A stretch of DNA of 64,000 nucleotides from Macrostomum lignano (GCA_002269645.1 NIVC01000024.1:1-64000); one strand, 5' to 3'; counted from the first letter of the stretch, positions 1-10,520 are shown. Numbers and translations are program-made. Notes: a model not told the origin generated them from the sequence alone.

Positions 1-1
1 T

Positions 2-186
2 TATTCAATCCATTTCTTGCTGTTCAATTGGAGAGAAAATGATTGTTGCACCCAAACCCCAATATATTATCCTTTAAATCAATATAGCGTTCAATCAATT
101 TATATTAGGATTGTAGATGAAAGCGATAGATTAATAAGTTTTGGTGGGCATCAATAACAATAATTTTACGTATAAAACAGGTTTAG
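2..186 (+). pseudogene. C-terminal fragment of Polinton minor capsid (penton-like) protein, frameshifted
   Basis: Stitching frames gives ...GEKMIVAPKP/PIYYPLNQYSVQSIYIRIVDESDRLISFGGH/ITIILRIKQV*, which resembles the P-x-Y-x-P...I-x-I-x-D-x-x-x-R-L-x-x-F-x-G...I-x-L-x-I-K end of Polinton mCPs. Confidence 0.55.
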
Positions 187-196
187 TACTGTAAAA

Positions 197-871
197 ATGG
201 GTAATCGAACAACATGTTCGCGTGCAAAGCACGATAATAATAATTTAATAAAAAAACAATCAGAAAAAGTTAAAAAAGCTGAAGATAATTACGAACTAGA
301 ACTAGCAAAATTAAGGCAGTTACAAGCTGATAAAATAAGAAAGGAATTGTTAAAACCCACACCTACGAAACTAACTAAAACCAAGAGTTTTCAGGAACAT
401 AAAATGACCATGACGTGGGATGATTTTAAACAAAGATATGGAACGGACACAACAAGCAATATCGAATTAACAAATTGGGCGAGGCAGTTAAAAATAAAAC
501 CATTCAGATGTGTTATGCGAGATGAGATCAAAGACTTACCACAATATGGATGTTTCATTGTTAATATTGAAACAACAAAAGAAAATGGTGTTCATTGGTC
601 AGCAGTTTATTCAAAACCAAAACTTGTTTATTTTTTTGATTCATACGCGCTTCCTCCGTTACAGGAAATAAAAGATAAATTTAATCATACTAAAAATCGT
701 TTATGTGGAGATCATCACGAACAATTTCAAACCTTTGATAAAAGTTATTGCGGGCAAGCGGCGTTGTATTTTTTATATAAAATTAATAACTCGAAGGATA
801 CCCCCGAAGTATTTAAGACTATCATGCAAAGCATGCGACCCTACGGGGCGATTTTAGACTCTATAAAATAG
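197..871 (+). CDS. Adenain/Ulp1-like cysteine maturation protease with N-terminal extension
   Basis: Intact 224-aa ORF with NIETTKENGVHW (His), YFFDSYALPP (Asp) and QFQTFDKSYCG (oxyanion Gln, catalytic Cys). Confidence 0.9.
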   Translation: MGNRTTCSRAKHDNNNLIKKQSEKVKKAEDNYELELAKLRQLQADKIRKELLKPTPTKLTKTKSFQEHKMTMTWDDFKQRYGTDTTSNIELTNWARQLKIKPFRCVMRDEIKDLPQYGCFIVNIETTKENGVHWSAVYSKPKLVYFFDSYALPPLQEIKDKFNHTKNRLCGDHHEQFQTFDKSYCGQAALYFLYKINNSKDTPEVFKTIMQSMRPYGAILDSIK

Positions 872-881
872 ACAGTAAAAA

Positions 882-2866
882 ATGTTATTTTCTGGAACAC
901 CCTCATGGAACGGAACAACAAGTAGTGGTGGTGGTGGCACATCTGGTGGAATAAGTGTTACATTTGGAGATAATCGATATATTAATGAGGATGAAGGTTA
1001 TAAAAAAACTGAATTGATAATAAATTAAATTTAAAAAGAAATGTTGCAGATTCCTATACCAAAACTCAAATAGATGATTCACTAAATCTGAAACGGAACG
1101 TAGCCGATTCCTATACCAAAACCGAAGTTGATAATTCATTAAATTTAAAACGCAATACAGCCGATTCTTATACCAAAACCGAAGTTGATAATTCATTAAA
1201 TTTGAAACGGAACGTAGCCGATTCTTATACCAAAACCGAAGTTGATAATGGATTAAATTTAAAAAGAGATGTAACTGATTCTTATTCTCGAACTGATTCT
1301 GATTCACGTTATGTTCAAACCACCGCAACCGGAAACCTAGATATGAGCAACAACCGAATTATAAATGTTTCAATTACAACTAGTGATTCAGTGGTTGATA
1401 AGAACTATGTCGATAATCAAGTTGCCACTCGTAGTGGTAATATTAATATGAATAATTTTAAATTAACAAATTTATTATTTGGAACAGAGAACGCAGACTC
1501 GATAACTCTAGGCCAAGTAAACGAGCGAGCTAATGCAACCGACGCCGATATTTTTACCACGCCGCTTACATCAAATACTTCAAATCCTGATGTTGTTCTT
1601 ACAGCATCTGAAAATGGCAACACAGCTTTTCGAGTTGGAGATGGAAGCCTTGCGACACAATGGTCACCAAATACCGGAACCACAACCAATATGGAAATTC
1701 AATTTGAATTTTTAGGTTATAATAGAAGAATATTTGAATTAAGAATTACAGGCAGTGAAACAATTGAGATACCCTCGGGTGGTCGGTTCGCGCAAAAAAT
1801 GTTGCTACCGATTCATGGACGACATTAACTACGTCGGGATCACCAGTTCAAGCAACATCATTTGCTCTATCTAATTTAACGACTAATTTTTGGAAATATT
1901 ATAGCGTATTCTTCCCAACTGGTGGTACCGGTACACAACCTATCGAGGTTCGTCAAATACAATTATTTGAACACCGTGTTGAAATTCAAGATCTTAATTG
2001 GCCAACTCAAATACTTTCTGCAGTTCCGCGAGCGTACGTAGATCAGCTAGCTACTCCAACATCAAATGGTAGAATGTCTGGAAGCGATAAAAATAAATTG
2101 GATGGAATACCTGCTATTGATGCGGCCTTGTTCGAACCAGTAATTTGCAATTGGTCTGGATATCAAAATCCAACAACCGCCGGAGATATATATCCAGTCG
2201 GTTCTTTAATTGCGATGCTTCTTATATCGATTATCAAAACGGGCTAGAATTACTCGTGAAACTTCTGGAGTAAGTGGTGCTTTACAATTCAATTTCACAC
2301 ATTTTCAAAATATATCTGCGTCTTTCTTTTTCCGAGTTGCTAATTCTACAGGAGATGGTGCAGATGCGGTTTGGTTTTATGCATATTGTCACGAACGTCC
2401 AACATCGGAATTTGGACTGGATTATCAACCGACGCCGGGCTGATAGTGTTTGCTAGTGAGTGGACTGATAGGTTTGGAGTTGTTTGGAGTAATAAAAAAT
2501 CAGACGGATCTACGGTTCGTAACGATGTTAGTAGTGATGCGGATCAAACTGTAGCCTATGCTAATATTGATAACGGATTGGCATTTATTTGAAGTTAATA
2601 TTTTAAATCAAAGGGTTTGGTACCGATTACAGTCATACAATGTTGCTGGTGATTCTTTTACCCTCATTGGACAGAACGTTTTCACATATGATAGTGGAAC
2701 TTGGGGAACTTTAGATAAATCTGGAACCCTTATGGGTTTTGGTGCTCGAACTGGTGGATCGGATGCTGCACATTTTATTCGTGGTGCAGTTGTATGTGGT
2801 AGTACGTCGTTTGGTTATGTTTTTCCCTCTACTGCTTATTTGGAAAAACCTCCTACTCAAATATAA
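882..2866 (+). pseudogene. Fibre/receptor-binding protein: repeat shaft, discoidin (F5/8C)-like domain, neck, L-type lectin-like head; several 1-nt frameshifts
   Basis: ATG at 882. Stitched product has LNLKRNVADSYTKTEVDNS repeats, GNLDMSNNRIINV...DKNYVD, AFRVGDGSLATQW...IEVRQIQLF, ATPTSNGRMSGSDKNKLDGI, and GDGADAVWF...GFGARTGGSDAAHFI. Confidence 0.75.
1024..1290 (+). repeat. 57-bp (19-aa) coding tandem repeat, about 5 units, fibre shaft
   Basis: TATACCAAA recurs at 1055, 1112, 1169 and 1226. Variation is largely at third codon positions. Confidence 0.9.
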
Positions 2867-2897
2867 AATATTTATATATAAAATATTTCTATATAAA

Positions 2898-3224
2898 ATG
2901 GCTTTTAGTAGAACTCCATCGATGCGGCAAAATAATGTTATTATTCCTATTCCTAAACAAGAATCAAATATAAAAACATTCAAATCTCATACCAAATTTT
3001 TATTTAGTACTGTAAATGTTCAGGATAATAAGAAGCTTCAAGAATTAATTAAGTTATTAAAAAATCATATTATACTTCAAGAGTTTTGGAAAATAGGATT
3101 TAAATGGGAGAAAAAAGAAAGAATAACTCCAATACAATACCTATTGAGCTCGGGACAAATCCCCAAAGAGCGCGGGGAATTCATTTTGGTGCTATTAAAA
3201 ATAGACGAGAATGTCGGTATCTGA
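2898..3224 (+). CDS. Hypothetical viral protein (108 aa)
   Basis: ATG at 2898 preceded by TATAAA. The ORF packs against its neighbours and overlaps the next start. No motif recognised. Confidence 0.5.
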   Translation: MAFSRTPSMRQNNVIIPIPKQESNIKTFKSHTKFLFSTVNVQDNKKLQELIKLLKNHIILQEFWKIGFKWEKKERITPIQYLLSSGQIPKERGEFILVLLKIDENVGI

Positions 3225-3866
3225 AGCAGATAAATGGGAACGCGACCGGTTCAACCAACGTAAAGGTCAGATGTTAAGTAATGTTGATCGTATTAACTAT
3301 GATTATGATTTATATGCTAAAAAAGTAAGAAGAGTTTCAAACCATATAAGAAATATGGACTTTTTCAATATTGGATTTGGAAGCTTATCAATGTTATGTG
3401 TAATCGTTTTAGGTATTTTACAATCTATTCCAACTCTTAATTTATCTCAATTATTTTTAGGTATTTCAATTGGCTCAATATCAGGTTTTGAATTGATCAG
3501 GAACTTATCAATACTTTTAGCAATTAAATTATATCTTAAAAAAAGAAAGGAAAAATATAAATCATTAAGAGATGTTGCAAGCAATATAAAAATCAATTAT
3601 ATTTATATGTGCAAAAAATATTGGATGACGGAGAGATAACGATTCATGAATTATCAACCGCGGTTGAATTATATGAAAAATATTTAAAAGATAGAAATAG
3701 AATTTTAGATGTTGAAACTTTTACCGATATGGAATTAAAAGAGTTGAGACTCGATAAACCCAAAGCTCCACCGATAGAAACATTAGGTATTTACGAACCT
3801 GAAACTATTGCTACTGGGGCACAAAGCCCGCGGTCAGGAAGTGCTGTAGAACTTAATGTTGTTTAG
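3211..3866 (+). pseudogene. Polinton-type two-TM membrane protein (about 218 aa), frameshift near 3610
   Basis: Two hydrophobic segments, then KKRKEKYKSL...(shift in A-run)...KILDDGEITIHEL, a motif I recall from conserved Polinton/adintovirus hypothetical proteins. Confidence 0.6.
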
Positions 3867-4346
3867 TTTATTTAATGCATATGTTATATATTCTTCCCAA
3901 AGTGGTAACTCTCTTCTGATCCTAGGTTTAAATTTTTTATCAATACATAAAAATTCCAATGACTTTTTCAATAACATTTCGTTAGGTATGTTACCTATCC
4001 TTATAAACTTTGTATTCTCTCGAATAAGAAAATTGAAATAATATCCAACTAAAATTAAAATCCTTTCGGAGTCTTTCGAACTTAATCCCTTTCCTTTATT
4101 TAAATGGAAAAAGTTATTATATAAATAAACATTATTTCCGGGAATTAAAATTGGATCAGAAATGTCTCTTGTAAGATTTCTTAAAATTGTGTTTTTAAAA
4201 TAGTAATATGAGTTTTCAATCTTTTTTGTTTTTTCAAATTGATATATTTTAGAACATGAATAACACATATGATATATATCTCCGTTTGCTGTTTGCCCTC
4301 TGTGCATAGTCACATTACATTTATTACAAACATAAATGTCTTTCAT
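3834..4346 (-). CDS. Hypothetical viral protein with N-terminal Zn ribbon
   Basis: CNKC-x18-CYSC at the N-terminus; 170-aa ORF with AAAAAATG start context. Confidence 0.55.
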   Translation of the reverse strand: MKDIYVCNKCNVTMHRGQTANGDIYHMCYSCSKIYQFEKTKKIENSYYYFKNTILRNLTRDISDPILIPGNNVYLYNNFFHLNKGKGLSSKDSERILILVGYYFNFLIRENTKFIRIGNIPNEMLLKKSLEFLCIDKKFKPRIRRELPLWEEYITYALNKLNNIKFYSTS

Positions 4347-4372
4347 TTTTTTGTTATTTTTTTAGATTAAAA

Positions 4373-4702
4373 ATGGAGAGCTGGTTCAAAACCGATTCTA
4401 ATGTGATTAATTATCTCACACCCAATATGTTGGAGAATAAAGAATATAATATTGTATGTTTGAGACAGGTTAAATTTATTGGACTTCAATCGATATTTTT
4501 ACAATTAGATGGGCAAAAAATTTTATGTCTAAGCGGAGATGATGTTAAAAATTTTCCTGTTTTAGTTATTAATAAACCTAAAGCGTTTGTTATGAAATAC
4601 AGCAACGAGGGTGGATTGCAATTTAAACTAAAACAAACAAATAATAAAAAGAGTGATAGGACTGTAAAATTGGCGGCTGTTTGGGAGGATGACCCCGAAT
4701 AA
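4373..4702 (+). CDS. Hypothetical viral protein (109 aa)
   Basis: Compact ORF divergent from the 3834-4346 gene, AAAAATG start. No recognised motif. Confidence 0.5.
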   Translation: MESWFKTDSNVINYLTPNMLENKEYNIVCLRQVKFIGLQSIFLQLDGQKILCLSGDDVKNFPVLVINKPKAFVMKYSNEGGLQFKLKQTNNKKSDRTVKLAAVWEDDPE

Positions 4703-4723
4703 GTTTAAATTTTTTATAAGAAA

Positions 4724-5083
4724 ATGGATACGATAAAAATCCTTATCACTAAAGAGCGTGAACTTAATGATATTAATAAAAAAATAAATATAATTATATC
4801 TCAGAAATATCATGAGTATGGGGACGATATGTTTCCCATCCGATATGAGATAGATAAAAGAAAACGTTTTTTAAGACAAGATATTGTTTATGCTGAAATA
4901 GTAATTGAAATTGAAATAGATAGATTGGTTAGAAAAATAAAAAAACTTAGGAAAAAAATAAAGGATTGTTTAAGTTACCCTGCCGACTGTGAGGATAATT
5001 GGTGCTCAATAATATATGAAATTGAAGTTAATGATTTGCTCAAACAATTACATGCTTTAGTTTTTTACAGACCCGATAAGTAA
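4724..5083 (+). CDS. Hypothetical coiled-coil viral protein (119 aa)
   Basis: Heptad-like K/E/I/L pattern, tight spacing with neighbours. Confidence 0.45.
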   Translation: MDTIKILITKERELNDINKKINIIISQKYHEYGDDMFPIRYEIDKRKRFLRQDIVYAEIVIEIEIDRLVRKIKKLRKKIKDCLSYPADCEDNWCSIIYEIEVNDLLKQLHALVFYRPDK

Positions 5084-5278
5084 TTTTTCTGTTAATCTCT
5101 TCCAGTTATTCAAGACTTTTTCCTTATTTAATTTTTTAAGTTCTTTTGGAAATGTTGAATAATAATTATCTACATGTATATCTTTTTCATATTCTAGAAA
5201 TGTATTATATTCACAATCACATTCGGATTCACAATCACAATCGTAATAATAATTATTTATTGCCGCCTTTGTATTCAT
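5057..5278 (-). CDS. Small hypothetical protein with Cys/acidic DCDCESECDCEY stretch
   Basis: 73-aa ORF whose start overlaps the reconstructed PolB end. Confidence 0.35.
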   Translation of the reverse strand: MNTKAAINNYYYDCDCESECDCEYNTFLEYEKDIHVDNYYSTFPKELKKLNKEKVLNNWKRLTEKLLIGSVKN

Positions 5279-8200
5279 TATATTTGCTTATTATATCTTC
5301 TTTTTGTTTTTTATCTTTTATCATATTTTTTATCTCTTCTTTTAAACCATATGGATATGTTTTAATTTTATCATCTAAATACTTTTATCATCAAATGGAC
5401 TTAATGTTTTTTTATCTGTCTCGATGACAAACATCTGATGCTTATCTGAATTTAATCGATATTGTGGAGCATGATAATTTTCAATTGTATTAAGGTAATC
5501 TAAAAGTACGTTTTTATAATCATCAAATGTTATCTTTTTTACTGCTGCTCTTGATACCCCTTTTATTTTTTTTACCTCTCTCTCCTGTCCTAAAACCTTA
5601 AATGCATAGCATTTTGATCTTATTGCTATAAACTCGGTTATGATTTTGCTATTTAATTCATCTTTCATTTTAAGTACAACTTTTTTATTTTGATCTGATT
5701 TTAAAGGATGGTTATCCGGATAGTCTGATGTGTCCAATGTATCCTTAATTTTTTCCATATCTTTATAGACTTCTGGTGTTTCAACCTTAAATACCAAACT
5801 GTCGGTGTCTGCATATATTGGATAGTTATCTGGCCATGTTTTATTTATAACATCATAATAGTATTCATACATTACTAGCTTTGCAAAAATCTAAAACAAC
5901 CATTCCAATAAATATTGGTTTAAGAAATTTTGTTGTTTTATTTCTCATATGAATACCCATAAAGTTATCATCAAATTTTATAAAGTCTTTAAAGTTAGGT
6001 TTTGAGAAATATTTCTTTGCTTTATCAATATCCTTTTCTAAATGGAATTGGGTTCTATCTCTAATATTTTCAACCGTTTTTCCATAAAAAGCATTATTCA
6101 TTAATTTCCAATAATCTTTCTCAAAATTTGTTTTTGACATCTGTCTCTGATTTGAATTAAAATCAATATATTTAGCTAACCAATCTTCCTCAATAAACGA
6201 TATTGTTCGATGTACTTTTGTAACTTTTAATCCCTGTTTTTCATAAAATTGTAGAAGCTTATAATGCACTACATAGTTTTTCTTATCATGTAAATTTAAT
6301 ATTAATTTTTTTGTTGCTAGATGTTTTGCATTATCTGCTTTAAGATAATCTTTTTGTGTTTGTGATAAATCATCTTCATTAACTGAACAATGCTCTGGAG
6401 CTAAAGGATATTTATATGTTTTTGCTTTTGCTTCCCGAGTATATTGCAAATCCACTTCTACGATACAGCCCCTTCCTTCGGGAATATTTTTGTAATAATC
6501 GGGGTCATCTTCCCATTGGAAATCAGCTATTGGTAATTTTTGTTTCATACAACCACCGTATAAATTGTTTGCATCTAGATATAATACATATGATGATTTT
6601 TCTTTTTTATTATAATTTGGAAGATACTTATTATTTACTTTAGTATATCTATCTCCTAGTACACCCGAGAATCCGCCGCGAATTCCTCTCTCAATCATTA
6701 ACAACATATCATGATCAGTTAGTAAATCAATCTTAACATCTGTATGTTTCAAACCACAAGCCCATGTTAATCCCGGTGCACTGAAACAATATGCGGGATC
6801 AATTTTAAAATTCTCATATGTATAATTCCTAAAGTTTTCAAATGCATCAGCTAATAGGAGAACATCTGCTTTAAGATATAGATTATGATAATCTTTAAAT
6901 GTTTTACAATTAAAGTATTTCCATACTTTTTGAGCGTGTTCATAATCCGATTCACTTATGTTTGTTTGTGATAATGTTGAATAAAACTTTTCAATTGGGG
7001 GTAATTCGGTATGAGAAAATACCTCTTTAGATGTTACATATTCATATGGGTAGATGCCCTTACGAGTTAATAGCATTAGTTCTTCCTCGGATAGTTTTTC
7101 TTTTTTGAAACGATTCAATAAGATTGGAAAGTTTTTCTTTACTATTTCTAAATCCCATGGTTTTGGAACTAATGATGAAACAACATTTGCTAAAGATGTT
7201 GATAAGAATCTCAAGGAATCTAGAAAAACTAGATGGGAGTATTTCTTACCATATGTTATTGATATGTAATTTTCTGATGTTTTAGGTAATATATTTATTT
7301 CATATTCATCCTTTCCTAAATGAAGCAATTCTCGAACTAAGAAATGAAAATCATATCCGGAACCATTATGAAAAAATACTGGTATTTCCTTACATCCTTT
7401 TCCTTCTTTTGCATTACATGATCTACATGCTGCCCCTCGATAATTTCCTGTTAGATGACAATGTTCTCGTATCTTATTATTCTTACTTAAATGTCTTTTG
7501 CACATAAAACAATTTGTTGCATTTTTATAATTGTCTCTATCCTTATTTGTCATATTAATATTTTTTGATAATTTATCATATTGATTTTGAATATATTCAA
7601 ATACATTTACTAATGATTCTGCCATGTGCTTAGCTGCATCATTACCGTGGTAAGTAATCATCCTTGATTTAAATATATGATCAGCTACAGAGTGTACATA
7701 TATACAATAACTATTCGGAAACTGTTGTGCCAATTTTTTTGTGCATTCACCGTCATCAGATACCGTCTGTGATTCTTTTAAGGGAACATTTGTTGCTTCA
7801 AAATCAGCATATATTACTATTGGTTTTTTAACTGCCATATAATGTTGTTGGAACATTAGGGTTGCATCTTCATAATCTGGCATTTTAGCAATAGTAAATT
7901 TGTGATCTAAACAAAATCGTTGATGATTTTTAAGAGCTGTTTCATCCTTTTTAAATGTGAAACAATTTCTACATAGTGGATATCTATTTCTATTTTCTCT
8001 TAAAAAGGAACTAATGTCCTTTATGTATATATAATGTGTTTCATTTTCGCGCTGCATGTACAAAAGATCGATTTGATCTGGTGCAGTTATATCAGTTGCT
8101 GGTTTTACTAAATAACAGTTTTTCTTATACCATTCTGGATCGACCTGCTGAATTTCTTCTAGATCTTCTGGTTCTTCAATTGTAAAAACATTAATATTTA

Positions 8201-9002
8201 AACCATTCATTTTTTCAATCTTATATATATCATCTATTGCTACTGGGTATGAGATGTTTTTCATTATTATTTCATCCTCATATTGTCTATAATTATATAT
8301 TTTATTAACATGTGATTTTACTTGTTTATGATATTTATGAATTAATAAACACCATAATAAACATTTATTATCTCTATTGTCTGGATTTATAATCATTGGT
8401 GATTTAAAGTATAGCTTCATATGTGATCGTCCTTTAAGAATTTCTATAGGTGCAATCTTTACTATTGCTGAATTACAGGATACAAATATAAACCCAGATC
8501 CGTTTTCTGTCATCTTATCTATCCATTCATCAAACTCAGCTTCTATTTGATCGAATTGATTGTTGTAATTTCCCATTGATAATAATGTTTTATATGATTC
8601 TTGTGAAAAGTTATTTATTACTTCAATTTCTGAATTTGCATTAAGAATATTTGGTTTTTTAAATTCTGTTTCAACTTCTATTTTATACTTAATTGGCTGT
8701 CGTTTGTTATTTGGCCTTATAGTATAATTGTTTAATATGGTCTTTAATTTATCTTTCATTTGTTTAAAATATTCTTTATAATTTGTATTTATATCTATAT
8801 CTATATATATTACTTCAGCTCCATTTTGTCCTTGTGGTTGGGGGTTATTAATATCATTTAATTGTCTTTCTAAACGTATCTCATTTTCTGCCCTAATTCT
8901 TGCTTCTATTTCAGCCCTATCGGCAATTCGTTGTGCATCGATTTGAGCTATTAATTGCGCTCTAAGTTCAGGGTTGTCGATTTGAGCTAAAATTGCTTCC
9001 AT
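5253..9002 (-). pseudogene. polB: Protein-primed family B DNA polymerase (pPolB), two 1-nt frameshifts (about 5885 and 5380)
   Basis: ExoI IYADFE, ExoII FHNGSGYD, ExoIII YLKADV; polymerase motifs YLDANNLYG, KLMNNAFYGK, YADTDS; C-terminal LSPFDDK(R)YLDDKIKTYPYG. Endonuclease VII-like Zn insert CFMC...REHCHLTGNYRGAACRSCN. Confidence 0.95.
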
Positions 9003-9085
9003 TTTATAGAATAAAATTTATATAATGTTTGAATTATTGATTTTTTAATTTTGTGTTTTTGGTGTCCAGACCCTCCCCCAGGAGC

Positions 9086-10072
9086 CTATTCGAGATCTGC
9101 TTTTGGTAATAGCAATCCATTGCCCATAACGTTTGAATTTAAGAAAATTCCTGAACCTGCTTTTGGTCTCATTTCGAGATATAATCCGCTTCCGTCGTGT
9201 TTTTCAATGATATTAAAATCTTTTCCTAATTTATTAAAAATTTTCTGAACAGCTGGTCTAAAATTGGATCCAATATTGTCAAAAAATCCTTTAGCTTTCT
9301 CACCCGTTTTTTCTAAAGTTTGACCAAATTCATGTAGTTTATCTGCGACAACTCCACTTCCTTGGGTTGTTCCTTTTAGTACCAAACCATTCCCGTGATT
9401 TGTTCCTTGCAAGAGTAAACCTTTTCCGGCTGCTAACCTAGCTTCTGCATTTCTTTTTTGCTCTGCTGTTGCTGAACTACTATTAATGGTATCAATAAGT
9501 TTCTGTTTGAATTGTGCGTCCTGCGTTATTTGCTGTCTTTGAAATTCGGCCTCTCTTTTAGCTTTTTCGTCCGCAGCTTTTTTGTCATTTACTGCTTTTG
9601 CAATTCCAGCTGCTCCGCCAGCAACTCCTCCAGCTGCTCCAATTCCTGCAAAAATTATTGGGAGCAAAGCTGCAAGGGGCAAGATTCCCCCCTGTTTCGC
9701 TCTTAACTCTCCTAGCTGTTTTACATTATCATGAATTCTTTTTCCGGCTAAACCGACTGCTCCAGCTGCACCAAGTCCTAAAAGAAGCGGTAGAATGGGT
9801 AGTAATCCGCCGTCCTTTTTAGTGTGAGTCTCCATTAAAAATTTCACATCGGAGTCTGTCAACCTATAATTTCTGCCGCGATTCTTAAAGGATATTGGCC
9901 TTCCTTCTTGTGCATATTTTGCTGCGAGTTTAAATGTATCGATGTCGTAGTCAAACTTTTTACCTAATCGATCCAATCTTTTTAACATTGTGTGGCTATG
10001 TTTATTATCATCTAGATCTAAAGTATCTACAATTTCTCCTATAAAATATAAGCGGTCGTTATCTGTGTCCAT
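9086..10072 (-). CDS. Putative virion core / membrane-active precursor protein (adintovirus-type)
   Basis: Intact 328 aa. GG followed by hydrophobic helices (GG-LLPILPLLLGLGAAG; GG-ILPLAALLPIIFAGIGAAGGVAGGAAGIAKAVN) and six GxG-hydrophobic motifs. Confidence 0.75.
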   Translation of the reverse strand: MDTDNDRLYFIGEIVDTLDLDDNKHSHTMLKRLDRLGKKFDYDIDTFKLAAKYAQEGRPISFKNRGRNYRLTDSDVKFLMETHTKKDGGLLPILPLLLGLGAAGAVGLAGKRIHDNVKQLGELRAKQGGILPLAALLPIIFAGIGAAGGVAGGAAGIAKAVNDKKAADEKAKREAEFQRQQITQDAQFKQKLIDTINSSSATAEQKRNAEARLAAGKGLLLQGTNHGNGLVLKGTTQGSGVVADKLHEFGQTLEKTGEKAKGFFDNIGSNFRPAVQKIFNKLGKDFNIIEKHDGSGLYLEMRPKAGSGIFLNSNVMGNGLLLPKADLE

Positions 10073-10082
10073 TTTTATATTG

Positions 10083-10481
10083 TTAAAATTTCTTTAATCC
10101 TTTTCCACCTTTAATAGTATTTAACATTTTATTAAAATCCTGAATATCTTTATTACTTATTGGTGCGCTTTTCGTGGGGGTTTCTGTTGGTTGTGCGGCT
10201 TGTGCCAGCTTTAAATCTTTTATTGCATTTATTTGTGAGAGGGTGTCGTTAAAATCTCTCAATTTCTTTAGTTCTTCTGCCGCTCTAGCTGCTTCAATTC
10301 CTCCTTTTACAGCATTTGTTATAGAGCCTGCTGCAGAGCCAGCTTGCCCTATAAGCCCCATATTGTCTTTAACAAAATTTGCTGCTGTTCCAACCACATC
10401 AAAAAGCCCCTCACCTCGGTATTCAACTGGGTCTCCTACCTGCAATTCATTCAGATTTTGCATATGTGTAACGTGTGTCAT
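10083..10481 (-). CDS. Putative virion core protein with amphipathic helix (132 aa from the first ATG)
   Basis: RGEG-LFDVVGTAANFVKDNMGLI amphipathic segment; C-terminal IKGG-KGLKKF matches the adenain (M/I/L)xGG|x consensus. Confidence 0.6.
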   Translation of the reverse strand: MTHVTHMQNLNELQVGDPVEYRGEGLFDVVGTAANFVKDNMGLIGQAGSAAGSITNAVKGGIEAARAAEELKKLRDFNDTLSQINAIKDLKLAQAAQPTETPTKSAPISNKDIQDFNKMLNTIKGGKGLKKF

Positions 10482-10520
10482 TTTTTGTTCTATTTTTAGT
10501 AACAGAAAAAAGATTGTCTG

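Noticed and set aside
855-4370. Mavirus/CroV-type TCTA late promoter upstream of viral ORFs
   Set aside because: TCTA occurs before some starts but at inconsistent distances and is absent from others; expected by chance in AT-rich DNA.
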